Made by a program: the position numbers and the translations under genes | In this document: piece after piece, positions 1 to 11,430 of the stretch | How positions within the stretch are numbered: position 1 is the first letter of the stretch | Layout of the letters: each line of letters starts with the position of its first letter | Assembly: GCF_001194135.2 (NCBI RefSeq) | Contig: NC_068982.1 | Location: 9,282,763-9,319,824, forward strand | Reading direction: 5' to 3' | DNA: 37,062 nucleotides | DNA from: Octopus bimaculoides | Taxonomy: Eukaryota | Notes under the pieces: model-generated | What the model was told of the DNA's origin: nothing | What the model saw: the letters and a program-made list of their open reading frames with translations, nothing else | The model's database searches: none

Positions 1-38
1 TATATATATACATACATATACATATATATATACACTGG

Positions 39-103
39 GGTGTTTGTGTTTGTCTCCCACCACGGCTTGGAAACCGGTATTTGTGTGTTTACATCCCCAT
101 ACG
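39..103 (+). mobile_element. 3' fragment of the OK-like SINE family (full copy at 23564)
   Basis: GTGTTTGTCTCCCACCACGGCTTGGAAACCGG...GTGTTTACATCCCC matches 23812-23863 after the (TA)n/(TG)n spacer. Confidence 0.6.
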
Positions 104-789
104 AATAATCTTCATGATATTACAAAACTGTTCAGCTGTAATGCCTGGATCAAATGTGACTGCGTCTGATGGTTTGTAATCAATTAAATGTTAAATATTT
201 CATCCAAACGTATCTTGGATCAGAACGACTGAAATAAATTAAAATCATTAGAAAACCTAGCTGTAAGAGAAATATAAAAATGCAAAACTCCTTTTTTTAT
301 TCTCTGCTTTTGACGTGCGTAAATAGCGGCAAAGGATCTCCTGGTGGACCGTTTCATGAATTGCTTGTAGCTCCCCAGAGTATGACACGCCCAATTTCCT
401 TCCGTTAAATACAGTGATAGCAAAATGTATTACTGCATTATATAAGTTTCACTACGTAATTCCGTACGAAAATTCCGCTACATTACAGCTACTGCGGTTT
501 TGATTACAAAGTTAAAGATCTCGTAGAGTCACTCGAGGAGTAAATTAGAATTTATTCACTTAGGCATGATGTAATCAGTCTCTTGGTTTTAAAGATGAAA
601 ACTTGAAAATACGTGAATAAAATGTTTTTGGTATTATTCAACTTAACCAAATGTCTCTAGAGTATTCTCTCTTGCATGAGATTATAGGTTTATAGGAGTT
701 ACTTCCCTTGTAATGTGCTGCGGTTTTCGAAGTAATTTTCCAAGTGTATAAACAGTTATGAATGAAGAGAATGCTTTGGTGTGTTACAC

Positions 790-960
790 CCACCACGCAC
801 ACACGCACACATACGCACACACACGCACGCACACACACAAGTTCACACATGCACGTAGATGTATGTACATATATAGATCTATTTACATATATATAAAACA
901 GAATAATATACATATGTGTGTGTGTGTGTCTGTGTGCATGTATGTGTGTGTCTGTGTCTT
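790..960. repeat. (CA)n / (TA)n / (TG)n compound microsatellite
   Basis: Direct inspection. Confidence 0.9.
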
Positions 961-1133
961 TCAACAAATAAACCTGCGTGTCGTTCCTACACCTGTATGA
1001 GACTTCTCTCCTTCATGAAGTTGTGGTGAAGGGAGTGTAAGGAAATCAACTTCGAAAGAGTTGCTATGCGGACCGGCGTTCTTTATGAGATCGTCTGCAT
1101 GGTTTGAAGACGCCGTCCTCAAAATAAATATGG
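961..1133 (-). CDS. Candidate exon C (minus-strand model; open frame ...IFILRTASSNHADDLIKNAGPHSNSFEVDFLTLPSPQLHEGEKSHTGVGTTRRFIC*)
   Basis: Acceptor TGTTTTCGGCTTACTTAG| at 1134-1135; GC-richer island; frame open to TGA at 963-961. A competing + strand exon 1021-1137 exists. No recognisable family. Confidence 0.25.
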
Positions 1134-1329
1134 CTAAGTAAGCCGAAAACAATTTTACAAAATCGGCAAACACGCCACACAGGGCAGATTTCCCGGGCAA
1201 ATAAATTGTACAACTGAATGTATCAGTTGTTGCACAACTTTTACATAGGAAATATAATCCCAAAACAACTTTTTAAAGCCATAAAAGGCAAACTTACACG
1301 GAGCCGATGTGTCTATCGTCCGTCCATAA

Positions 1330-1368
<39 letters not shown>

Positions 1369-1427
1369 TAGATAAATAGATAGTTAGATAGATAGATAGA
1401 GAAATATAGATAGATAGATAGAGAAAT

Positions 1428-1502
<75 letters not shown>

Positions 1503-1534
1503 TCTTGAGAGAGAGAGAGAGAAAGAGAGATCTT

Positions 1535-1568
<34 letters not shown>

Positions 1569-1590
1569 TAGAGAGAGAGATCTTGAGACA
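1330..1590. repeat. (ATAG)n/(ACAG)n/(AG)n compound microsatellite with three GAGATCTTGAGA interruptions
   Basis: Direct inspection. Confidence 0.95.
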
Positions 1591-2218
1591 TCTAGAGACA
1601 CATACGTGTGCGCACGTAAGTAATGTCTTTTAAAAGTTTGTGAAGAAACATAGTTCTTTCTTAGTTTTAATATGTTTCTTGGTTTTAGTGAAATAAAGAA
1701 CGGCATGCATGAAGATATGTAGTGAAGTTAAGTCTACTGAATATATTTTCGCAAGGAAAGCATAAGATCGACATAAATGTTCTTGTTTGAAATATGTGCG
1801 TATGTGTGTGTTAGTGTATGTGTAAGTATGCATAAAGATGCACACACACGTGTGGATGTGTGTGTGTTTGTATGTATGTGTTTATATTTGCGTGTGTACA
1901 GTATTACTCCGACGGAGAGTATAGTCATCTCGATTGAAATGAAATTGCAGCGTCACGTTGAATGAAGTCTGCATATGTATGTATTTCTCTTAATCTTTTA
2001 TTGCGGAGGGCAGGAGAGTTCCTATGACCCTTTAAGGAGCAGCGAGACTAGTGGGGAAGTGGAAGGGAGGAAAACAATCATCCACCCCTTAAATCTGACT
2101 GGTATACTTGCAACTGGTGGATATCCCTTAAATCCATCTAGGTCTTAAGATGATTATTGGAAATAGGGCGATGCATTAAGTATAGCGCTGAAACCCTGGC
2201 AATATTTGAACCCAATCT

Positions 2219-2771
2219 AAGGTGACGAGTTGGCAGAAAAGTTAGCACGCCCTTTGTCTGTCCTTGTTTGTCCCCTCTATGTTTAGTCCCCTCTATGTTT
2301 AGTCCCCTCTATGCTTACTCCCCTCTATGTTTAGTCCCCTTGTGGGCAGTTAAAAAATAAGAAACGTTAGCATGCTGGGCGAAATGCTTAGCGGTATTTC
2401 GTCTGTCTTTACGTTCGAGTTCAAATTCCGCCGATGTCGATTTTGTCTTTCATCATTTCGGGGTCGATAAATTAAGGACCAGTTACGCACTAAGGTCGAT
2501 CTAATCGACTTAATCCCTTTGTCTGTCCTTGTTTGTCCTCTCTGTGTTTAGCCCATTGCGGGAAATAAAGAAATAAGAAACGTTAGCAGACCGGGCGGTA
2601 TCTTAGCGGTATTTCGTCTGTCTTAATGTTCTGAGTTCAAATTCCGCCGAGGTCAATTTTGCCTTTCATCCTTTCGGGGTCGATAAATTAAGTACCAGTT
2701 GCGTACTAGAGTCAATCTAATCGACTGGCCCCTCCTCTAAAATTTCGGACCTTGTGTCTAGAGCGGAAAAG
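2219..2771 (+). mobile_element. Nin-domain (OR-like) tRNA-derived SINE concatemer, three units, 18-bp TSD
   Basis: Head GGTGACGAGTTGGCAGAAAAGTTAGC; B-box GAGTTCAAATTCC; core GCCTTTCATCCTTTCGGGGTCGATAAATTAAGTACCAG; AATATTTGAACCCAATCT at 2201-2218 and 2772-2789. Confidence 0.85.
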
Positions 2772-2854
2772 AATATTTGAACCCAATCTGTGAACAGCTA
2801 GCGGAAAAAAATAACGAAAGGTATTTTGTTCGCTGCTATGTCATTTACGCCAGA

Positions 2855-2965
2855 ACGACCGGGACGAATGGAAAACTAAGTCGAACTCGGAGGGATTTCG
2901 ATGTGAGAACAGAGGCTGCCAGAATGAAAACCATAAGATAATTTCGTCCGACGCTCTAAAAACAT
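2855..2965 (-). mobile_element. Decayed Nin-SINE fragment
   Basis: AAGTCGAACTCGGAGGGATTTCGATGTGAGAAC resembles the reverse complement of the SINE B-box/core region. Confidence 0.5.
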
Positions 2966-3072
2966 TGATTTCATAGCTTCATTGTTTCTCTTCACTGCTT
3001 CATAAAATATTCAGGCATGGAACAGTGGTTAAGAAGTTGACTTCGTAACAACGTAGTTTCTGATTCCCTTAC

Positions 3073-3141
3073 TCTCTGCACAATTTGGCACAAAATGTCT
3101 TCTGATATAATTCCAAGCCAACCAATGCTTTCGGGGTGAAT
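3073..3141 (-). CDS. Candidate 69-nt symmetric exon B (all three frames open, e.g. SPRKHWLAWNYIRRHFVPNCAE)
   Basis: Acceptor AATTTCTATCTCACAG| and donor AGA|GTAAGG on the minus strand. Confidence 0.3.
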
Positions 3142-3684
3142 CTGTGAGATAGAAATTGTGTAGAACTGAGGCCTCCGACTGATGATTTCCAGTAGAATGA
3201 AATTACGAGATAGGAGAATTCTGGCGCCCATCACAGACTATTCCCATCTGTTGCGATCTATTTTTGAGCTTTTATGGACCAAGCGCCTTTATCAGAGGAT
3301 TTTTCAAGGCTAACAACGCAGTATTCGGTTTTCTATCAAGACATCCATGTTAAGTTAGATATAAAGATTACTTTTTAGTATTAATACCACTTCCGTAGCA
3401 AATGATTCATTTTTAATAAACCTGCTGGTTATTTGCAACATCAATATCCGAATAAATGCTGTAATTCTATATATCGTGGCAGCTAGATTGTGGTGACCGG
3501 ACTTTTCCCGCTGATGATTTTCTGTAGAATGAAATCACATCATAAAATACTGAACTGAGATACCCTCAGCATGGTCGCAGCTCTCGAGCTGAAACTTGTA
3601 AGAACAATAAACGATTATCCATACATATATGTCGATATGAATAATATGCACGTATTCTCGTAGTACCTCTGTGTTATATAAAAG

Positions 3685-3975
3685 CACGCCGTCGGTGAGG
3701 GTTCCAGTTGATCCAATCAACGGAACAGCCTACTTGTGAAATTAGCGTGCAAGTGGCTGAGCACTCCACAGACACTCGTACCCTTAAGGGAGTTCTCAGC
3801 GTGACAAAGCTGATCCTTTGAAATACAAGTACGGCTCATTTTTACCAGCCGAGTGGACTAGAGCAACGTGAAATGAAGTATCTTGCTCAAGGATGTAACG
3901 AGTCGTCGAGAACTGAACTCTCATCATTACCCGATCGTAAACTGAACAAGCTGACCACTAAGCCACGTGCCCTCA
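3685..3975 (-). mobile_element. tRNA-derived SINE with V/Meta-like core
   Basis: Shares CGGAACAGCCT...GAAATTA...GTGGCTGAGCACTCCACAGACAC with 9769-10150 and 22360-22660; minus-strand core CCTTGAGCAAGATACTTCATTTCACGTTGCTCTAGTCCACTCGGCTG. Confidence 0.75.
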
Positions 3976-4259
3976 CATTCTTTCTTTATATGCAAAACTG
4001 ATACGAATCTTGTGGAGTTGATGGCACTGAAAGTGACTCCGAACAACAACCGCCGAGAGTCGATGACAACGTCTCCTCCTGTCTTTATGCAGTTTCTTAT
4101 ATTCAGTATCAAAGCGTCCTACTCCTGCATCACACACGGATCTCTACACCTTCCGATTAATAGCCGGGGTTTTCAACCTATTAGGAGGGACATCACTTAA
4201 AAGGAGTGATCCTTTGAGATGATTACAATATTCAAGTTTTGAACGTCTGTGTGACTTAC

Positions 4260-4369
4260 TTTCAGATTCGACCGCACCGGCCATCCCTGTGGAGAAGATC
4301 CCAGCCTCCAGGAGGATTTCGGTATGTTGTAACTTGTCCTTCCGCGTGGAACACTTCCAGTAGTCTGAT
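4260..4369 (-). CDS. Candidate exon A (SDYWKCSTRKDKLQHTEILLEAGIFSTGMAGAVESE)
   Basis: GC-rich island; donor AA|GTAAGT at 4259-4254; acceptor CGCCAG| at 4371-4370. Competing + exon 4266-4321 (FDRTGHPCGEDPSLQEDF) has acceptor TTACTTTCAG| and donor TCG|GTATGT. Confidence 0.3.
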
Positions 4370-4729
4370 CTGGCGCCGATAAAGGGTCAAGTATTCAGGA
4401 TGATGGATATACAGACAGCTCTTGTTCTGAAAGACTCGTTCGTTGAATCTTCCGATACGCATATGCGCGCACGTACATGGGCACACACATATATGTTTAC
4501 GAGTTAGTAGACAAACAAAAGAATGTGGCATTCAGAAATCTTGGTAAGAATTATATATATTATTTAATAACAGACTGAATCTGCTCCATGCATTTTAAAG
4601 TTTCATAGCGACGTAGAATGAAGTTAGTTCGCAGACATTTGGAGATCAAGATGACTGACAAGTTAGATTCATTCTACGTAGCAACGAAACAAGTTGCATG
4701 GACATGGGTCGAAATTTTATTAAATAATT

Positions 4730-5001
4730 CATGTATGTATGTGTGTGTAAATATGTATGTATGTCTGTATGTATGTATGTATGTATGTATGTATTCACAT
4801 ATATACATATATATGCATACACACACATATACATACATACATACATACATACATACATACATACATACATACGTATGTGTGTATGAGTGTGTAAATCTTT
4901 TATATATAAAATTTGATTTGCATAGATCTCTATCTTTTTTTACAACCTATATATATATATATATATGTTTAGAGATAAAGAGAGTGGGGAGAGACAGACA
5001 T

Positions 5002-5070
<69 letters not shown>
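4730..5070. repeat. (TATG)n/(TACA)n/(TA)n/(ATAG)n microsatellite cluster
   Basis: Direct inspection. Confidence 0.95.
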
Positions 5071-6528
5071 CTTCACTGGAACTGCCTCTCTAAATAAACA
5101 TCCAGATTCCTAATACTTCGTGTTACTGTAAATATAATACAACAATACTGTTGTATAATTTTATTATATTTGTGATATAAAACCAAATAACCATTAATTT
5201 TAATATGAACACCAACGTATATATTATTCAGATGTATCATCAGTATGCACTGAAATTCCTTAGTGCTTTAGAATGGTGAATTCTGTATAATATGTTCAGG
5301 TCATGATAGGGTCTATTTCAATGGCTTATAATGTAAAATTATATCGAACCTGAATTTATATAGAATTGAGATTAGAGTCATAAAATAGCAACCTCTACGA
5401 CGTGTTTCAAACAGAGATGTAAATGATTTCACTCTTTCCGGTTCTAAATTAATAGTTACTTCTTATGCTTAACAAGAGCACTCAGATATCGCAAGCCTCC
5501 ACCAAGGCAACACCAACGTCCTCTCAACGATTATCCGGAGATGATTTTTAAAATGAGGATATCTGAAATAAATGAGGATATCTGAAATAAACTCGATTGC
5601 TCTCACAAACGAGAATACTAAAAATGAACCTGACTGCTCTCAAAAATTAAGTAAAAACAGAAAAAATAATCCAGAACCCTTGTCCAGTACAGGATCGATC
5701 CCAAAATCTAATCAGTTCGTGCCAAACCCTCACCAGCAACGACTACCCAAAACAGACCCAAGGGCTGAAGGGTTGCCGCCCGAGTGGTGTAAAGGTGTCA
5801 TCCGCCAGGAGTAGCGAACCACAAACAAATGGTGGATAAAGTGAGGCGCTGGCACAGTACATNNNNNNNNNNNNNNNNNNNNNNNNNNNNNNNNNNNNNN
5901 NNNNNNNNNNNNNNNNNNNNNNNNNNNNNNNNNNNNNNNNNNNNNNNNNNNNNNNNNNNNNNNNNNNNNNNNNNNNNNNNNNNNNNNNNNNNNNNNNNNN
6001 NNNNNNNNNNNNNNNNNNNNNNNNNNNNNNNNNNNNNNNNNNNNNNNNNNNNNNNNNNNNNNNNNNNNNNNNNNNNNNNNNNNNNNNNNNNNNNNNNNNN
6101 NNNNNNNNNNNNNNNNNNNNNNNNNNNNNNNNNNNNNNNNNNNNNNNTATATATATATATATATTGTGTAAGATATAAGTTAGCGGTAATGTAACCTTCT
6201 AAGGGATAAATGATCTCATACCCACTCCTGGTATTACTTCAGTATGTAAAGTCCTTGTTGTAAGGTATACGGTAGCAGGTAATTTAAAGGTAAAACCGTG
6301 GTTTGATATATAGAGAGACGATAAGAAATGAAACAATTAACATTGAGAAGTGGATCATTGGTCGTTATTTAATGAAGATGAGTTACCATATAACCGTTCT
6401 GAACTGTAACGAGGTAAATACAAATTTACCCAAGCTTGATATACAGAAACAGCTGTAAACATACTCACATCTTAATTAAATAACGACCAATGATCCACTT
6501 CTCACTGTTAATTGCTCCATTTCTTATC

Positions 6529-6800
<272 letters not shown>

Positions 6801-6814
6801 GGAGAATATACAAA

Positions 6815-7081
6815 TAATAACAACAGATGAGGACAGGTGGTGTAAATAACAAAAGTATATATTAGTATGACGCTCGGGAATACGGAAAGTCTTTGACGTT
6901 TCGAGCTACGCTCTTCAACAGAAAGAATACGGAGACAAGGAGAAAAACACGGAGAAAAAAATTGAATAGTGTTCAGTCAACGGTCAATCATAATAATGGC
7001 CGATCATAACAATGACTGACCGGAAGTTAGAAATTCTTTTTTCAGGAGAGCTAAGAAAGGGGGAGATAACAAACGGTGATC
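6815..7081 (-). mobile_element. Penelope-like element terminal region with hammerhead-like motif
   Basis: Contains CTGTTGA-AGAGCGTAGCTC-GAAACGTC; minimal hammerheads are an established hallmark of PLE pseudo-LTRs; runs into an N gap. Confidence 0.5.
6890..6926 (-). ncRNA. Minimal type-I hammerhead ribozyme-like motif (A6U core variant)
   Basis: UCUUU-CUGUUGA-A-GAGC(GUA)GCUC-GAA-ACGU-C^AAAGA: 5-bp stem I, 4-bp stem II, palindromic stem III, GUC site. Confidence 0.55.
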
Positions 7082-7650
7082 NNNNNNNNNNNNNNNNNNN
7101 NNNNNNNNNNNNNNNNNNNNNNNNNNNNNNNNNNNNNNNNNNNNNNNNNNNNNNNNNNNNNNNNNNNNNNNNNNNNNNNNNNNNNNNNNNNNNNNNNNNN
7201 NNNNNNNNNNNNNNNNNNNNNNNNNNNNNNNNNNNNNNNNNNNNNNNNNNNNNNNNNNNNNNNNNNNNNNNNNNNNNNNNNNNNNNNNNNNNNNNNNNNN
7301 NNNNNNNNNNNNNNNNNNNNNNNNNNNNNNNNNNNNNNNNNNNNNNNNNNNNNNNNNNNNNNNNNNNNNNNNNNNNNNNNNNNNNNNNNNNNNNNNNNNN
7401 NNNNNNNNNNNNNNNNNNNNNNNNNNNNNNNNNNNNNNNNNNNNNNNNNNNNNNNNNNNNNNNNNNNNNNNNNNNNNNNNNNNNNNNNNNNNNNNNNNNN
7501 NNNNNNNNNNNNNNNNNNNNNNNNNNNNNNNNNNNNNNNNNNNNNNNNNNNNNNNNNNNNNNNNNNNNNNNNNNNNNNNNNNNNNNNNNNNNNNNNNNNN
7601 NNNNNNNNNNNNNNNNNNNNNNNNNNNNNNNNNNNNNNNNNNNNNNNNNN

Positions 7651-7950
7651 GTATGGGGGGGGGAAAGAGAGGAAGAGGAAGAGAGGAAGAGAAAGAGAGG
7701 AAGAGAAAGAGAGGAAGAGAAAGAGAGTGAGAGAGAGGGAAGAGGGGTATGGGGGGAGAAAGAGAGGAAGAGAAAGAGAGTGAGAGAGAGGGGAAGAGAG
7801 TGAGAGAGTAAGGGTGAGAGAGTAAGAGAGTAAGAGTGTAGAGAGTAGGAGAGTAAGAGTGTAGAGAGTAAGAGTGAGAGAGGGGGAGTACGAGAGAAGA
7901 GAGTGAGAGAGAGTAAGAGAGAGGAGATAAGAGGGAAAAGGACAAGAAAA
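7651..7950. repeat. Purine-rich degenerate (GA)n/GAGTAA low-complexity tract
   Basis: Direct inspection. Confidence 0.9.
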
Positions 7951-8385
7951 ACCAGGCACCAAGACGAATATTTTAACTCTAATATATAGCTGCGAACTTG
8001 GATCCCTAGCTCCAGCCTCAGCTATGAACTTGGGACCTAACGGATGACCAATTATAGCACTAGCACAGCGTCCCTATTCATTTAGATCACCAGTGAACTA
8101 AACCCCTGATATTCTGATACTGATACAATGTACATTGGTTTTAATGTCTCTTGTTATAGTTTTAGTAAGGTTAGTGTTTAATCCTATATTGATTGATGGA
8201 AATAACGTAGTTATTAAGCTATCCTTTTATATTAAACTACGAAAGACGGTAGGGATTATCATTTTTTTATGACTTAATAGAGTTATCACTGTTTAGTTAC
8301 GTATTCTGCGTGTATTAAATTATAAAAGCTTTATTGTTTCTTGGGACCGAAGTCTCACATCAGCTCTTGACAAGGGCCACGTTGA

Positions 8386-8590
8386 CTAAGTTCTGATATT
8401 TCGCCTCTTTATCGAGTTTTCCTCACAAGTCACTGAGAGTTCACCCACGATGACTGTTTTATCTTTTTTACTCCTGGAGAGTAAGAACATGCCTGGTTTG
8501 AGTGATATTACCACTGTCGCCTCTGGGAAGGCAAGTCTTCTCCTCAGGTCCACTTGCCTCTCCCAGACTGAGGCTGAACGCAAAATACGA
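8386..8590 (-). mobile_element. Fragment of a non-LTR retrotransposon restriction-like endonuclease domain (HERO-like)
   Basis: WERQVDLRRRLAFPE..SLKPGMFLLSRSKKDKTVIVGELSVTCEEN resembles W..VDL...L.FP....LRPD.VL.S...K..ELTVPWEEN; catalytic D replaced by G. Confidence 0.6.
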
Positions 8591-9066
8591 AATAGTATAT
8601 TCATTACGAAAAGAAAAACAGTACAGCATTGAAGCAGTAAGAACGATCTTTTTGCTGTATATTGACTTGTTCTAAAGAAGGTTTAGTCAAAAATATCAAT
8701 ATTTATTGATTATATGCATGTAGGTGTTATAGGAAACACGATCACTTGTATTGGCTATTTGCTCGATTCTAAAAATAAGACCTAACATATTGAAGTTGCC
8801 AGACTCTGCGCAAAGACGATATAGATTATTCGGAATGCTTGCCAATATGTTGTTTTTTTTTAATACGAATTCTTCGTCATATCATATTTTCAGTCTGCAG
8901 TGCAAAATTTATAAAATTAATTAAAATTCTGAGTAACTGACAGACGTGATTTTTCGTTTTTCAGAATTACACATTTGAAATGAATGCATCACAAAATACT
9001 TGTAACTATAAAGCACCGTTACTTAAATCTCCCACACATATAATCACATACATATATGCATATATT

Positions 9067-9136
<70 letters not shown>

Positions 9137-9359
9137 NNNNNNNNNNNNNNNNNNNNNNNNNNNNNNNNNNNNNNNNNNNNNNNNNNNNNNNNNNNNNNNN
9201 NNNNNNNNNNNNNNNNNNNNNNNNNNNNNNNNNNNNNNNNNNNNNNNNNNNNNNNNNNNNNNNNNNNNNNNNNNNNNNNNNNNNNNNNNNNNNNNNNNNN
9301 NNNNNNNNNNNNNNNNNNNNNNNNNNNNNNNNNNNNNNNNNNNNNNNNNNNNNNNNNNN

Positions 9360-9405
<46 letters not shown>

Positions 9406-9406
<1 letters not shown>

Positions 9407-9628
9407 CGACGGGCTTCTTTCAGTTTCCGTCTACCAAATCCACTCACAAGACTTTGGTCGGCCCGAGGCTATAGTAGAAGATACTTGCCCAAGGTGCCAC
9501 GCAGTGGGACTGAACCCGGAACCATGGGGCTGGTAAGCAAGCTACTTACCGACGGGCTTCTCTCAGTTTCCGTCAACCAAATGAACTGACAAGGCTTTGG
9601 TCGGCCCGAAGCTATAGTAGAAGACACT
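9406..9628 (-). mobile_element. Two adjacent fragments of the OK-like SINE (CORE-like CCTTGGGCAAGT core)
   Basis: Reverse complement of GGTTCAGTCCCACTGCGTGGCACCTTGGGCAAGTATCTTCTACTATAGCCTCGGGCCGACCAAAG; second partial copy at 9549-9628. Confidence 0.85.
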
Positions 9629-9768
9629 GCAACCTAAATGCGATCTGCCTATCTCAGTGTATGCTGATATACAAAGATCGCCCTGTACATCCTAGTGAAT
9701 CACTGGTATACCTCCAGTCGTCTCGGCCTACCTTACATCTGACACTTTCACACCAGGGACGAAAGAGT

Positions 9769-10150
9769 GGCACTCAATCGGTTTCGACGACGCGGGTGCT
9801 AGCTGATCCGATCAAAGGAACAGCCTGCTCATGAAATTAACATGAAAGTGGCTGAGCACTCTCACAGACACGTATACCTTTAACGTAGTTCTCAGGGAGA
9901 TTCAATGTGAGACAGTGTGTGGCAAGTCTGGCCCTTTGAAATACAGGTACAGCAGACACAGGAAGAAAGAGTGAGAGAAAGTTGTGGTGTAAGAATACAG
10001 GAGGGTTCGCCATCATCCCCTTTCGGAGCCGTTTGGAGCTTTAGGTGTTTTCGGTCAATTAACACTCACAATGCACTGTCTGGGAATCGAAACCGCGATC
10101 TTATAACCGCGAGTCCGTTGCTCTAACGACTGGGCCATTGCGCCTCTACA
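9769..10150 (-). mobile_element. Full-length tRNA-derived SINE with 11-bp TSD
   Basis: Minus-strand head GAGGCGCAATGGCCCAGTCGTTAG...GGTTTCGATTCCC (A and B boxes); GACGAAAGAGT at 9758-9768 and 10151-10161. Confidence 0.85.
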
Positions 10151-10355
10151 GACGAAAGAGTAAGCCAGGGTGGTCAGCACATGACTCCATCGCTGAGTCC
10201 CAGTTTCAGCCCATGACAATATTTGAATTCTTGGAAATTCCTAAAGACAGAAAACGTTTTGTTCCGGAGGTCAGCCTATTACACGTGCCTGTGAAAATGA
10301 AATAACGTCATTTCCGTTAATTACTCGTTCGTAAGAACACGTGGAAGGTGTAGTT

Positions 10356-10628
10356 CAGTGGTTCTCAAACTATCTTCGGGTTGCCGCTTCCTTGACACCG
10401 AGGTCACATTCCTAGCGCCCCCACCCCCAAATAACCATCATAAACATAGACCTCTTTCTGAAGCAAATTCAAAGCAACTGTATTTCACAAATAAAACTTA
10501 ACCCAACGAACCCATTATTTTTCCATTAATCGCTACCCCGTTATAATCCCACATGTTTTCAACGCCCCCTTGGAACTTTCCACTGCTCCCAGGAGGTGGG
10601 GCAATAATGCCCACTTTGGGAAACTCTG
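10356..10628. mobile_element. hAT (Buster/Charlie-type) MITE, 273 bp
   Basis: TIRs CAGTGGTTCTCAAACT / ACTTTGGGAAACTCTG; 8-bp TSD GTGTAGTT / GCGTAGTT with central TA. Confidence 0.8.
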
Positions 10629-10717
10629 GCGTAGTTCAAGGAACAGCAATCGTATGCGTTGAATTCTATATTGCCGCTAATGCTTTTGGGCTGGCAGCGT
10701 CCAAAGGTTGGACTCTG

Positions 10718-11018
10718 CATCTTTTATCTTTTGCTTGTTTCAGTCATTGGACTGCGGTCATGCTGGAGCACTGCCTTGAATGGCTTTTTTCGTTGTCAAA
10801 CAGAACATCTCCAGTACTTATATTTTAAAGTTTGGTACTAAACTCTATCGGTCTCTTTATGCTGAAACTAGGATAGAGGGACGTAAACACACCGACACAG
10901 GTTGTCGAGAGATGGTGGAAGGCAAACACATACACAGAGATACACATATGCACACACATGATCAAAGCCTTGTGAATGGATTTGGTAGACGGAAACTGAG
11001 AGAATCCCGTCGTATATA
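10718..11018. mobile_element. OK-like SINE pieces: 3' half on minus (10718-10960) abutting a + strand mid fragment (10961-11018)
   Basis: Similarity to 23564-24005. Confidence 0.7.
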
Positions 11019-11278
11019 NNNNNNNNNNNNNNNNNNNNNNNNNNNNNNNNNNNNNNNNNNNNNNNNNNNNNNNNNNNNNNNNNNNNNNNNNNNNNNNNNN
11101 NNNNNNNNNNNNNNNNNNNNNNNNNNNNNNNNNNNNNNNNNNNNNNNNNNNNNNNNNNNNNNNNNNNNNNNNNNNNNNNNNNNNNNNNNNNNNNNNNNNN
11201 NNNNNNNNNNNNNNNNNNNNNNNNNNNNNNNNNNNNNNNNNNNNNNNNNNNNNNNNNNNNNNNNNNNNTATATATATG

Positions 11279-11430
11279 ACAGGCTATTTTCAGTTTTCCC
11301 GCTACGAAATCCACTCACATGTATTGGTCGGTTCGTGACTATAGTAGAAAAAAAAATCAACCAAACGTCCACGCAGTGGGACTACCCGCAACCATATAGT
11401 CTGTGAAGCAAATGTTTCACCATACAACCA
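11279..11430 (-). mobile_element. Diverged OK-like SINE 5' half
   Basis: TTTCAGTTTTCCCGCTACGAAATCCACTCAC...ACTATAGTAG...CACGCAGTGGGACT. Confidence 0.7.

Noticed and set aside
638-1706. ORFs of 80-183 aa over CA/TA/ATAG/AG repeats (same applies to 4618-5013, 6465-6852, 11768-12259, 23581-24085, 27884-28265, 32095-32857)
   Set aside because: Translations are dipeptide or tetrapeptide repeats generated by stop-free microsatellites
3511-3558. C/D box snoRNA (TGATGA...CTGA)
   Set aside because: Only ~45 nt between the boxes, no terminal stem or guide evident
7004-7962. Long ORFs spanning N runs (also 5829, 8980, 10780, 14064, 15266, 28308, 30683, 33893)
   Set aside because: Artefacts of assembly gaps translated as X
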